Source: an uncultured Gemmatimonadales bacterium
Lineage (GTDB): Bacteria > Gemmatimonadota > Gemmatimonadetes > Gemmatimonadales > GWC2-71-9
Direction of reading: 5' to 3'
Assembly: GCA_963846945.1 (NCBI GenBank)
Contig: CAWJXX010000014.1
Span: 67,614 to 131,613 of the forward strand
DNA: 64,000 bases
A program made the position numbers and the translations under genes. Numbering within the stretch: position 1 is the first letter of the stretch; the number at the start of each line of letters is the position of its first letter. Positions 53,343 through 63,156 of the stretch are shown piece by piece. Below the pieces are notes generated by a model. That model worked only from the letters and a program-made list of their open reading frames with translations, was not told the origin of the DNA and ran no database searches.

Positions 53343-54427
53343 TGCGTCGCTCCAGATTGCTCCTCACTCTCGCCGTCCTGCTTCCCCTCACCGGCTGCGC
53401 CATGACGTTCGATGGCAGCAAGCTCGGGGTTCCAATCACGATGGGGTCGAAGGCAGGCAGCCCGGCGGTGGGCCAGCACTTCAAGGTGAGTTCGGGTTCG
53501 ATCTGGGTGTTGTGGGGCTCGGTGCCGGTCAAGAAGCCGTCGCTGCGGGAGCCGCTTGGTACCCAGCTCGTGGGCGGGCAGAGCATCGAGGACGTCAAGA
53601 TCACGGTCCACAGCAAGTGGTACGACGTGCTGTTCAGCGTGATCACGCTGGGCATCGTCACCCCGCGCACCGTCACGCTCGAGGGCACGATCGTGGGTGA
53701 TGCGAGTGCCAACCTCAAGGGGCCGCCGCCGTCGGCCAACCCGGCGCCGGCGGGCGTCGCGGCGGCGCCAATTCCGGTGACCAAGCCGCTCGGCCCGAAC
53801 GATCCCACTTCGCAGCCGGCCGGTCTCTACACCAATTACGGCAACTCGAGTTTCGAGGTCACGCCGTTCGCGGCGTATGTCTTCGGCGGCGGATTCCCGA
53901 CGACCGGCTCGAGCACACTGCCCGATGGCAAGCTGACACTCGCGGCGGGGATCGGCTTCGGGGTCGAGCTCGGCTACACGCCGAACAATCGTGTCTGGTT
54001 CGAGGCGACGTACCTGCGGCAGACGACCGATATCACGTTCACGCCGGTCGACCTCTCCGTGCCGCTCAAGGCCTCGGGGTTTGCGACCAACTACATCCAC
54101 GGTGGCGCGCGGTACGAATTCGGCCAGCAGAACGCGCATCCGTTCCTGGGGCTTGGCGCCGGCATCACGATTTTCGACCCGGAACAGGCGGGCATCGGCA
54201 CGGCGACCGAATTCTCGCTCTCGGCGGAAGCCGGCGTGCGCATGATGCTGGGGAAGGGCAACCGCCAGCGCTTCGGCCTGCGCGGGACGCTGCGTGGATG
54301 GTTCAGCTTCGTGCCCAACGGTACCTATCAAGCCTGGTGTGACTACTACTATGGCTGCTACGCGACGCAGGGGACCTCGACCGTCACGCAGGGCGAGGGT
54401 TCGCTCGGCATCGTCATTCTGTTCTAG
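53342..54427 (+). CDS. lipoprotein with Bor-like N-terminal domain fused to an OM beta-barrel
   Basis: The ATG shares a base with the preceding TGA. Lipobox LLPLTGC. Bor-type motif KWYDVLFSVITLGIVTPRTVTLEG. Pro/Ala linker. Barrel ending ...GSLGIVILF*. Confidence 0.7.
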   Translation: MRRSRLLLTLAVLLPLTGCAMTFDGSKLGVPITMGSKAGSPAVGQHFKVSSGSIWVLWGSVPVKKPSLREPLGTQLVGGQSIEDVKITVHSKWYDVLFSVITLGIVTPRTVTLEGTIVGDASANLKGPPPSANPAPAGVAAAPIPVTKPLGPNDPTSQPAGLYTNYGNSSFEVTPFAAYVFGGGFPTTGSSTLPDGKLTLAAGIGFGVELGYTPNNRVWFEATYLRQTTDITFTPVDLSVPLKASGFATNYIHGGARYEFGQQNAHPFLGLGAGITIFDPEQAGIGTATEFSLSAEAGVRMMLGKGNRQRFGLRGTLRGWFSFVPNGTYQAWCDYYYGCYATQGTSTVTQGEGSLGIVILF

Positions 54428-55696
54428 GCCAGTATTTCATCCAGCATGAGCGCCGTGCGGTCCGCCGCGCCGCGCTCGCGCTGGACCAGTTCGCCCGCCC
54501 GGGCTCCCGCGGCCTTCCGCAGGTCGTCGTTGCCGAGCCAGTTGAACCAGGCAGCGGTCAGTTCGTCGACGTTCACCACCGGCACGCCTGCCCCAATCGT
54601 CACCAGCGCCGTCGCATCACGATTGTCCCGCCAGTGCGGACCAAAGAGCACCGGTCTGTGCCACGCGGCCGGCTCCAGCACCGAATGCACTCCCGCCCTC
54701 CCGAAGGCGCCCCCGACGTAGGCCGCGATCCCGACACCATAGAGGGTCGCCAGGATGCCCATGCGCTCGACCACCACCAGCGGACTGGCGCGTGGCCGAT
54801 CGAGATTCGTGGGGGCGGGCAGGCCGAGCCGGGCTCCCGCCTGCGCGATGTGCTCGAGAGCGGCCGTGTCGGGCTCATGTGGTACCAGGATCAGGCGGGC
54901 CTCGGGACGATGGACGCGAACCCGGGCGAAGGCCGCGAGCACCACCGCCTCGTCCTCACGCCAGGTGGACCCGGCCACGAGCGTGTGTGCCGTCCTCCAG
55001 CGCGAGGAGGCGATCGCCCTGGGGGACCGCCTCGACGCGATCGAGAATGCTGTCCACGCGCGGATCGCCGGTTACCCGGATGCAGGCGGCGGATACCCCG
55101 AGCCGCATAAGTCGCTCGGCATCGTCATCGGCGACCGCGCCCACCGCGCGCAGGGCCTCGTAGCCGGGTGCGAGCAGAGCGCGAGCGACCGGGCGCAGGC
55201 GGCTGCTGCCGGGGCGCACCGTTCCCGCGACCAGGGCCACCGGGATGTTCCGGGCTGTTGCCCGCGTCGAGAGTTCGGGCCAGAGGTCGAGCTTGGCGAA
55301 GACGAGCAGCGAGGGCGCCAGCGCGTCCAGTGCGATGCGCGCGGCGCCCGCGGTATCGAACGCGAGATAGTCGGTGAAGTCCGCCTGCACACTGCGGGCA
55401 AACACGGCTGCCGACGGGCTGAAATGAGTGTAGGCCACCTGCCAGTCCGGGTGGTGGCGGCGGAAGGATTCGAGCACCGCCCGCGCCTGAAGCCCCTCGC
55501 CGACGCTCGAGGCATGGAACCAGGCGAGGGGGCGGCCGCGGTCGCGGCCCGTGGCGCCCCAGGCCTGCAGCCGCGCGGCGAGGCCACGACGGCCCGCCAC
55601 GCCCCGGGCGACCTTGTCATTGAGGAGGCCGGCAAGCGGGGCGAGCGATCCACCGGCATGCGCAAGAAGTCGATACGCCAGGGAGGTGCGGGGCAC
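54424..55696 (-). CDS. waaA: 3-deoxy-D-manno-octulosonic acid (Kdo) transferase (one frameshift as assembled)
   Basis: LAWFHASSVGEGLQARAVL is in frame 54956..55696. It joins near 54970 to frame 54424..54978 (STWREDEAVVL..., ILVPHEP). Confidence 0.85.
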
Positions 55697-55955
55697 GCTG
55701 CAAGGTCGCCGGGCACGAGGCGCGGGGTCAATCTCCTGCCGTTGCGAGCTGCGCCGGGATCGTTGCTAGCTTGAGATCACGTTCACGCCCGATGTCTTAC
55801 CCTGAGCGAAGGAGGTGATCCGTTGCCAAGTAGCGAGAGTTGCATCAGGGGCTCGAGGGCAAGCGATCGCCCGGTGGCGCGCTGAACCATCGAGGATCGG
55901 GTCGGTAGCTGGGACCCCGAACAAACCGGGACTCGTTCGAGCCCCATGACAACCG

Positions 55956-55997
55956 AACGGCGCCACAGTCACTGACTGCGGCGCCGTTTGTTCTTTC
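55956..55997 (+). terminator. strong hairpin with plus-strand U-tract
   Basis: aacggcgccacagtc-act-gactgcggcgccgtt (15 bp, one mismatch) followed by tgttctttc. It lies 13 nt beyond the stop of the minus-strand gene 56010..57162, so it may act for either strand. Confidence 0.6.
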
Positions 55998-56009
55998 AAG
56001 GTGCCCGCG

Positions 56010-57162
56010 TCAGGTCCGGAAGAGCCGCCCCTGCCTCCGCCAGACGGAAACGACCACCAGGGCGAGACCGAACGCGAGCAGCAGCATCAGTGCCAGCCCG
56101 AGGAAGAGGCGCCATAGCACGTGATTGATGAAGATCGACAGCCGCTGATCGAGGGTGTAGTCGATGAGGCGCTGGGCCGATGCCTCGGCGTCCTTGAGCG
56201 TCGCGATGCGTTCTTCATGCAGCGCCTCGATGACGGCCAAGCGCTCGCCGGTAATCTGCTCCATCAGCGCCTGCCGTTCCGCCGTGATCCCGGCGAGCAC
56301 GGCAATGCGCTCGCCGGAAATCTGCTGCATCGTGGCGATGCGCTCGTGGGTCAGAAGGTCGGGCAGCTCCTCGGTGACGCCGGTGATGCGCTCCACCGAC
56401 GAGGTAAGGCGATTCACGTCGCGCATGAGGGTGTCGACCGTCGGCTGCTTTGCGGCATCCACCATGACCAGCTCGGCCTGCCACCTCGCCTGCTTCAGCA
56501 GGGACCGCTGGACCTGTTCGATTCGCCTGTCCAGCAGGCGGACGGTCAGCTCGATGTCCCCAACAGCCGCCAGGGCACTGCGGTCGATGTCCAGCTGGGG
56601 CCCGATGGAGTCGGTGACTGCGACGCGTCCCAGGTAGGGATGCAGGATCGGGTGCGCGGTCGCGAACGGTTCCATGATTGCCATCCAGCGCGCCGATGTC
56701 CCCGGTGGCGTCACCTGATCGACCATGGCGAGTTCGCGCGTGAGGGACCGATTGATCGCTCCCACAGCGAATGGCTGCAGCGACCCGAACAGGTCCTTGC
56801 CCTCGCCAGTCGTAAGGTATGCGCGCATCTGGAGGCTGAAGAGGATCAGGTCGGCCAGCGCCACGGCGGGATCCCGGCGGAGGGCGGCACTCTGCAGTTC
56901 GACAGAGGAGACAAGCTTCCATTCGAGGGCATTCGTGCGCACGGCCGGGCTGGTCGACTGGAACGAGATCGTGTCGGCCGCACGCTCGATCGCCTCGGCC
57001 GCCTGCTGCGACTGGCCGATGACGGCGTTGCGCAGGTTTTCTACCGACGCGTTCACGCCCTGCGCCGCCATGACCTGCGGGCTGTTTCGGCTTGGCGTTG
57101 AGCGAGCAGCCGCCCAGGACGGAGAGGCTGGCAAGCAGGAATGCGAAACGGCGCCCCGCCAC
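56010..57162 (-). CDS. lipoprotein with 11-residue repeats and C-terminal membrane helix (one frameshift as assembled)
   Basis: GTG 57162 gives VAGRRFAFLLASLSVLGGCS (lipobox). Joins near 57080 to track ORF 56010..57134. C-terminal helix LWRLFLGLALMLLLAFGLALVVV. Confidence 0.65.
56187..56351 (-). repeat. five tandem 33-nt (11-codon) repeats inside the lipoprotein gene
   Basis: THERIATMQQI / SGERIAVLAGI / TAERQALMEQI / TGERLAVIEAL / HEERIATLKDA. The DNA shows gcgctcgccgg[ta]aatctgct repeats. Confidence 0.8.
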
Positions 57163-57205
57163 GATTGCTCGCTGAGGACGCCGTCCCGGGTGCAGCACCT
57201 TGACG

Positions 57206-57748
57206 CTACTTCTTCGGCGTCGGCGGGAAGTCCTTGAACATCTTCTCCATCGCCTTGTACAGCGTCGACGTGTTCTTCTCGGCCTTGTCGGACAGCGTCT
57301 CGGACGCCTGGCCACGGAACAGGAGCTGCTTGCTCTTCGTGTCGAAGATGTCGACGACCAGCGTGCCTACCGTGAACGTCTGTGTCGACGTGGTGGCCAT
57401 GCCGCCGCCGCCGCCGCCCCAGCCCCAGCCCGCGAACCCGCCACCGGTGTACATCGTGGTGGCCGTCTGCTGCTTCTGGCCGGTGCCGTTGATCAGCACT
57501 GTCGCACTGGCGTTATCGATGGTCGGGACCTTCTTCCAGCCGCGGGACTGGAGCGCCGAGTCGGCCGCCTTGATGATGCGCTGCTGGGCGAGCTGGTCAC
57601 CGAAGTTGTTCTGCATCTGGATGTAGTACGAATTGTACTGTGACCAGTTGGCACTGTGATCCCAATCGGTCTCCACCTTCTGGGCGGCCGCGTTCCCCGC
57701 CACGGCGGCGGTCAGGAACATGGCTCCAAGCGCTACGCGCATCGACAT
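57206..57748 (-). CDS. DUF4136-like exported protein
   Basis: ATG 57748 gives MSMRVALGAMFLTAAVAGNAAAQ. DWDHSANWSQYNSY. Gly/Trp-rich loop GGGFAGWGWGGGGGG. Lys-rich end. Confidence 0.65.
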   Translation of the reverse strand: MSMRVALGAMFLTAAVAGNAAAQKVETDWDHSANWSQYNSYYIQMQNNFGDQLAQQRIIKAADSALQSRGWKKVPTIDNASATVLINGTGQKQQTATTMYTGGGFAGWGWGGGGGGMATTSTQTFTVGTLVVDIFDTKSKQLLFRGQASETLSDKAEKNTSTLYKAMEKMFKDFPPTPKK

Positions 57749-57958
57749 CTGGATACTCCATCGTGAGGGGTCGGACAACGGCATGCAACGGCCACGAATG
57801 TACAGCGTGCCTCGGATTCTGCCTAGATTGGGACGGGATGACTGGCTCAGGGACGTTTCAGCGGCCATCCCTTGGACATGCTCCCCCAACTCGGGTCGTG
57901 GGTCGTGTGTCGTGGGTCACAGTACGTACCCGAACCCGACCCACGAATAACGACCATC

Positions 57959-60121
57959 CTACAGGTACTGGCTGATGCTGAAGACGAACGCCCACGTCCC
58001 GTTCGCGTCCAGGGTGCGCGCAAGGCCGAATCCGAGGAAGTTGCCGAACAGCCCCAGCTTGACCTGGACGCTGCCCCGGGGGCCGTTCGTGGTCACGGAA
58101 TAAGGCTCCAGCTGGCCATTGCTGTTGACGCGGGTGCCCAGCTGGTCGAGCGCGGCCTGGCCCACGTCGGAGGCGCCGGTCCATCCGACGTACCCGATGA
58201 AATTGATGTTCGGGTTGATTGCCGGCAATGCGAGCTTCTTGCTCACCGGGATCGGCTGCTTCAGGAAGGGCAGCACATATCCGATGGAGCCGGTGAGCAG
58301 GAGTGCCCGGTTGCCGCCGAACTGGTCGAAGTCATAGCCTGGCAGCGTAAAGTCGCCACCAATGAGGAACAGCTGCTGCGTCGGGATCGAGCTTGGTGCG
58401 GTGGCGAGGCCGCCGTATCCGACGAAGCTCAACAGCAGTCCCTTCACGTTTTCGCGGCCCACCAGGCGCGCATTGACGCTGGTGTACTGGAAATCACCCT
58501 GGCCATTCTCGAGATATACCTGTGCCCCGATGCCGGGGCGCGCGAAGTGCGAGCTGATATCCTCGCGCCAGATGAGGCTGATGCGTGACCGGAAGTATGT
58601 CCCCGGGGTGACGTACGCGAGAGGGTAGTAGTCCTGGCCAAGCGGGCCGTGGACGAGCTCCTGCGGAGTATAGGAGTCCTTCACCACCCCGATGTCCGCC
58701 CGGATCACGCCACTGCGATGCTGCTCCAGTCCATACCCCACTCCAACCTGCCCAACCGAGCGATTGGCATAGTCGTACAGGTCCTGCGAGAAGATTGGCC
58801 GCGTGCCCATGGCGTAGTCGAGCGGATCCCTGAACTTGGTCACGATGGCGAGCTCATGCTCGGCCGTCGCCTCGGTGAACCAGCGATGCAGGCGCCACGT
58901 CGCAACCACGCCGCCTCGCACCTGTCCGTCCCAGAATCCGTATCCAACACCGCCCCGAAGGGCCAGTCCCGGCACCAGGTCCCGCATGAAGAGGGTCCCG
59001 GCGAGCCCGAGGAAGAGCCCCTCGACACGGTTGAAGCGGAAGAAGTCATAGGTGGTGGGCGCGCGAACGAAGAACACCGGCGCACCGGTGGGTCGAAAGC
59101 GTTCCGGCCCGACGTCGAGGCGCTCGTTGATCAGGTAGCGCGAAGGCCAGTCGGTTGGCACATCATCCCACCCACGATACGTCGCAAGCGAATCCTTCGG
59201 TGCCGACGTCCGGACCACAGTCGGCGCTACCGCACCGTCGCCCAGTGGCACGGTGCCACCGCCCTGGACCGTCACATGGTCGAGCCGGGTGACCATCCGT
59301 ACCATCGTTCCCATGGCCGTGGTCAGCGGCAGGATGATCGCGAGGTCGGCAGACTGGTACGTCGGCAGCAGGACGCCGTCGATGCGCTCATTCTGGAAAT
59401 CGATGATGCTCGCGTTCGCCACGAGCGCGTTCGCGATCTTCTTGAAGCCGGTGAGTTCCTTCCCGGGGGCCCGGACCGAATAGATCTGGCCCCGCATGCG
59501 CATCAGTGCGCCGGTGCCGACTTCGAGGTACAGCTGTCCGGCAAAGACGCGCGTTGCTTCGGGGAACGTCGCGTGCGGGGAGACCTCCACCACGACCACC
59601 CGCCGGTGTGCGCCCAGTGCATCCTCGACGTCGACGGTGTCTCCCCCGGCGTAGTAGTAGTACGCCTCGCGATCGCTCGCGAGCGGGTGCACCACGTTGT
59701 CGGCTCTCGACGCCAGGCTGTCCGCCTTGCTCTCGCTCTTGACGCCCTTTTCCTTCGGGTTGCTGAGCAGCGTGAATCGATCGCCATAGAGGGTGGGTAC
59801 GATCCAGGCCGAACCGAGCACGTATCCGGCGGGCAGGGGCAGCCCCGTCGTCACGATGCGGTATCCCTCCGAGTGCTGATTGCCGCTGTCGGCGCTCCAG
59901 GTCAGCGTCCCATCGTACTGCTCGACACTCGAAATGCCCTCGACCCGGTTGGGAAGCGCCTTGTTGACGGCGATCTCGGACTCGAAGTGCGCGTGGTAAC
60001 CGCGGGCGGGGACGGTGGCGTTGCTCTCGGCGGCGCGGGTGACGAGCGCGCGCAGCGCGGGGGTGCTGTAGACGGCGGTATCGGCCGGTGCCTGCTGCAG
60101 TGCGAGGACAAGGAGAATCAC
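57959..60121 (-). CDS. large outer-membrane protein with Omp85-like C-terminal barrel
   Basis: Intact 720-aa ORF. The C-terminal third has alternating strands with Gly/aromatic pattern and the end ...GTWAFVFSISQYL. The family call is tentative. Confidence 0.6.
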   Translation of the reverse strand: MILLVLALQQAPADTAVYSTPALRALVTRAAESNATVPARGYHAHFESEIAVNKALPNRVEGISSVEQYDGTLTWSADSGNQHSEGYRIVTTGLPLPAGYVLGSAWIVPTLYGDRFTLLSNPKEKGVKSESKADSLASRADNVVHPLASDREAYYYYAGGDTVDVEDALGAHRRVVVVEVSPHATFPEATRVFAGQLYLEVGTGALMRMRGQIYSVRAPGKELTGFKKIANALVANASIIDFQNERIDGVLLPTYQSADLAIILPLTTAMGTMVRMVTRLDHVTVQGGGTVPLGDGAVAPTVVRTSAPKDSLATYRGWDDVPTDWPSRYLINERLDVGPERFRPTGAPVFFVRAPTTYDFFRFNRVEGLFLGLAGTLFMRDLVPGLALRGGVGYGFWDGQVRGGVVATWRLHRWFTEATAEHELAIVTKFRDPLDYAMGTRPIFSQDLYDYANRSVGQVGVGYGLEQHRSGVIRADIGVVKDSYTPQELVHGPLGQDYYPLAYVTPGTYFRSRISLIWREDISSHFARPGIGAQVYLENGQGDFQYTSVNARLVGRENVKGLLLSFVGYGGLATAPSSIPTQQLFLIGGDFTLPGYDFDQFGGNRALLLTGSIGYVLPFLKQPIPVSKKLALPAINPNINFIGYVGWTGASDVGQAALDQLGTRVNSNGQLEPYSVTTNGPRGSVQVKLGLFGNFLGFGLARTLDANGTWAFVFSISQYL

Positions 60122-60170
60122 GGTCGAGAAGATAGGACCATCCGTATGGCCTTCGCCACTAGACTTAAGG

Positions 60171-60896
60171 ATGACTCGGACGAGCTACTGGACGGCAACC
60201 CGCGCCCCGCGGTACAGCCTGCTGTTTGCGCTCCCCCTGCTGCTGGCCTACGAGACCCTCGCCTTCGCCCTGTCGCACGATGCGATTGCCGGGGTGCGGA
60301 ACGGGGCGGATGTGCTGCTCAAGAGCGTGTTTATCTGGCTCGACGGCCGCGAAGGCGTGCTCTGGTTCGGGGGTCTGCTCCTCACCATCGGCGCGGGCCT
60401 GGTCATCCGCGATTTCCGCCGGTCCGGTGGCGTCACTCCGAGATACTTCCTCGGAATGGCGGGTGAGTCGGTCGGATATGCACTGACTCTCGGCACGGTA
60501 ACCAGCATGCTGACCGTGGCCCTGCTGCGCGGCGTCCCGCTCGCCATGGGCATGGGTGCCCACCTCGACCTGCCAACCCAGCTGATGATTTCGCTGGGCG
60601 CGGGGATTTATGAGGAGCTGCTGTTCCGGGTGCTGCTCGTGTCAGGTGTGGCGACGTTCGCGCGACAGGTGCTCAAATGGAAGCCGGTGCCCGCCGGGGT
60701 CGCGGCGACGGTCATCGGCGCACTGATCTTCAGTGCGTTTCACTACGTGGGTGCGTTCGGGGACCAGCTGACCCTGGGGTCGTTCACCTTTCGCGCCATT
60801 GCGGGCGTAATTTTCAGCGCGCTGTACCTGACGCGCGGGTTCGGCATCACCGCCTGGACCCATGCGCTGTACGACATTTTCCTCACACTGGGATAG
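60171..60896 (+). CDS. CPBP-family intramembrane metalloprotease (CAAX protease-like)
   Basis: GIYEELLFRVLL and FSAFHY motifs plus a distal AWTHALYD. Multiple helices. Confidence 0.85.
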   Translation: MTRTSYWTATRAPRYSLLFALPLLLAYETLAFALSHDAIAGVRNGADVLLKSVFIWLDGREGVLWFGGLLLTIGAGLVIRDFRRSGGVTPRYFLGMAGESVGYALTLGTVTSMLTVALLRGVPLAMGMGAHLDLPTQLMISLGAGIYEELLFRVLLVSGVATFARQVLKWKPVPAGVAATVIGALIFSAFHYVGAFGDQLTLGSFTFRAIAGVIFSALYLTRGFGITAWTHALYDIFLTLG

Positions 60897-60899
60897 GCC

Positions 60900-63155
60900 A
60901 TGCTCCGGGTACTCATGACTGCGGCCGGACTGCTGCTGGTGGTGCCCCATGCCGTGGCTGATGAAGCCATCTGGGGATTTACCGCCGAGAGTGCCCGCGC
61001 CGAGCGTGAGTGGGAGGCGCGATTTGCCGAGATGCCGCTGGCGGACAGCCTTCGGAGCTACATGATGCACCTTGCCGCGCGACCGCATCATGTCGGGTCG
61101 CCGGGCGGTCGCGCGAACGCCGAATGGATACGGGACCGGTTCCGTTCCTATGGATGGACCGCCGACATCGAAACCTTCCATGTCCTCTTCCCCACGCCCA
61201 GGGTGCGCACGCTCGAGCTGGTGTCGCCCACGAAGTTCGTGGCGGGATTGCAGGAGGCCACCATTGCCGGGGATCCCGCGACCACGCAACGCGCAGAGCA
61301 GCTGCCGGGCTATAACGCCTACTCCATCGACGGTGATGTCACCGCGCCACTGGTATACGTCAACTATGGTGTTCCGGCCGACTACGAACGACTCGAGGCG
61401 ATGGGCATCGATGTGCGCGGCGCCATCGTCATTGCCCGTTACGGGGAATCCTGGCGCGGCATCAAGCCCAAGGTCGCAGCTGAACACGGCGCCGTCGGCT
61501 GCATCCTGTTCTCCGATCCCGCCGATGACGGCTATCACGCGGGTGACGTGTATCCCAAGGGCGGCTTCCGGCCCGCGACCGGCGTCCAGCGCGGCAGCGT
61601 CATGGACATGCCGATCAGGACGGGTGATCCGCTGACGCCGAACATCGGTGCAACCGACAGCGCGAAGCGGCTCGACCGGTCGGAGGCCGAGACCCTGACG
61701 CGCATTCCGGTGCTGCCGATTTCCTACGCGCGACGCCCAGCCATTCCTCGCGGCGATCGGGGGACGGGTGGCGCCCGGTGCATGGCAGGGAGGCCTCCCG
61801 ATCACCTATCACGTCGGGCCGGGCCCGGCGCGCGTGCACCTCGCGGTGGCCTTCAACTGGGAGCAGGCTCCCATCTACGACGTGATCGCGCGCCTGCCGG
61901 GGGCGACGGAACCCGACCTCTGGGTGATCCGCGGCAATCATCACGATGCGTGGGTCACTGGCGCCTCCGATCCGATCTCGGGACTGACGGCGGAACTCGA
62001 GGAGGCGCGCGCACTCGGTGCCATGTACCAGGCGGGATGGCGACCCCGCCGCACCATCATCTATGCCGCCTGGGACGGCGAGGAGCCGATCCTTCTCGGC
62101 TCGACCGAATGGGCCGAAGAGCATGCGGTCCAGCTCAAGGCCAGCGCAGTGGCGTACGTCAACACTGACGCGAACGATCGTGGTGTGCTCGACCTGAGTG
62201 GCTCGCATGTGCTGGAGCGCATGCTCAACCAGGTGGCCGCCGCGGTGACGGATCCGGAAACCGGCTTGAGCGTGAGCCAGCGGCTGCGGCTGGTGCGGAT
62301 CAAGAATGCAGAAGCCGGTGATCGCGGCGCCATCCGCGAGCGCGCCGACCTTCGCATGGATGCGCTCGGCTCCGGTTCCGACTTCACGCCGTTCCTCCAG
62401 CATCTCGGCATAGCGTCGAGCAACCTGGGATTCGGCGGCGAGTATCCAGGAACGGGCGGAGCGTATCACTCCATTTATGACAGCTTCGCCTGGTTCACCC
62501 GGTTCGGCGACAGCAGCTTCACCTATGGGCGCGCACTATCCCTCGTGGCGGGGCTCACCGTCATGCGGCTCGCCTCGGCCGACGTGGTACCGTACCGGTT
62601 TGGGGCACTGTCCGACGCGGCGGAGCTGTACGGGAGCGAAGTCAAGCAGCTTCTCGCGCACGACACGGAGCAGGTACGGGAGCGAAACCGGGAGCTGGAC
62701 GAGGGGGTCTTTCAGGCGGCATCTGATCCGCGACAGCCGGAACTGCCCCCGAAGCGCGACTCGGTTCCTCCCGCGCTCAACTTCGCGCCGATGGACAACG
62801 CACTGGCGGCTTTGCGTGCGGCCGCAACCCGCTACGACTCGCTTGCCGCCTCCCGTGTGACAGGCAACGGCCGAGGCGGACTGGCCTCGCGCCGCTCAAC
62901 CGGGAACTCATCCAGGTGGAGCGGGCACTGGCAGAACCGGCGGGGCTGCCGGGACGGCCCTGGTACCAGCACACGATCTACGCGCCCGGGTTGTACACCG
63001 GGTACGGAGTGAAGACGCTGCCTGGCGTGCGGGAATCGATCGAGCAGAAACAATGGACCACGGCGGACGCACAGGTACTCGTGCTTGCCGCGGCACTGCA
63101 GCGCGCCGCCGACCGGATCAGGCAGGCGACCGCGCTGCTGCCTGCAGCGCATTGA
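60900..63155 (+). CDS. M28-family peptidase of the glutamate carboxypeptidase II / transferrin-receptor-like type (two frameshifts as assembled)
   Basis: PA domain (LVYVNYGVPADYERL, GAIVIARYG). A single extra base at about 61731 separates ...IPVLPISYA from DAQPFLAAIGG..LPITYHVGPGP. IRGNHHDAWVTGASDP, AAWDGEEPILLGSTEW, GSGSDFTPF. Second join is near 62875 to ...LNRELIQVERALAEPAGLPGRPWYQHTIYAPG. Confidence 0.85.
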
Positions 63156-63156
63156 C

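Noticed and set aside
55766-55999. 77-aa minus-strand ORF in the waaA upstream gap
   Set aside because: It has no SD and no motif, and it spans the terminator hairpin. The region is better explained as non-coding structure.
56007-56022. 14-nt exact match to the SRP (4.5S) RNA core GTCAGGTCCGGAAG
   Set aside because: The conserved GGAAGCAGC continuation and the pairing strand are missing. The match also lies across the stop codon and last codons of the lipoprotein gene. Judged coincidental.
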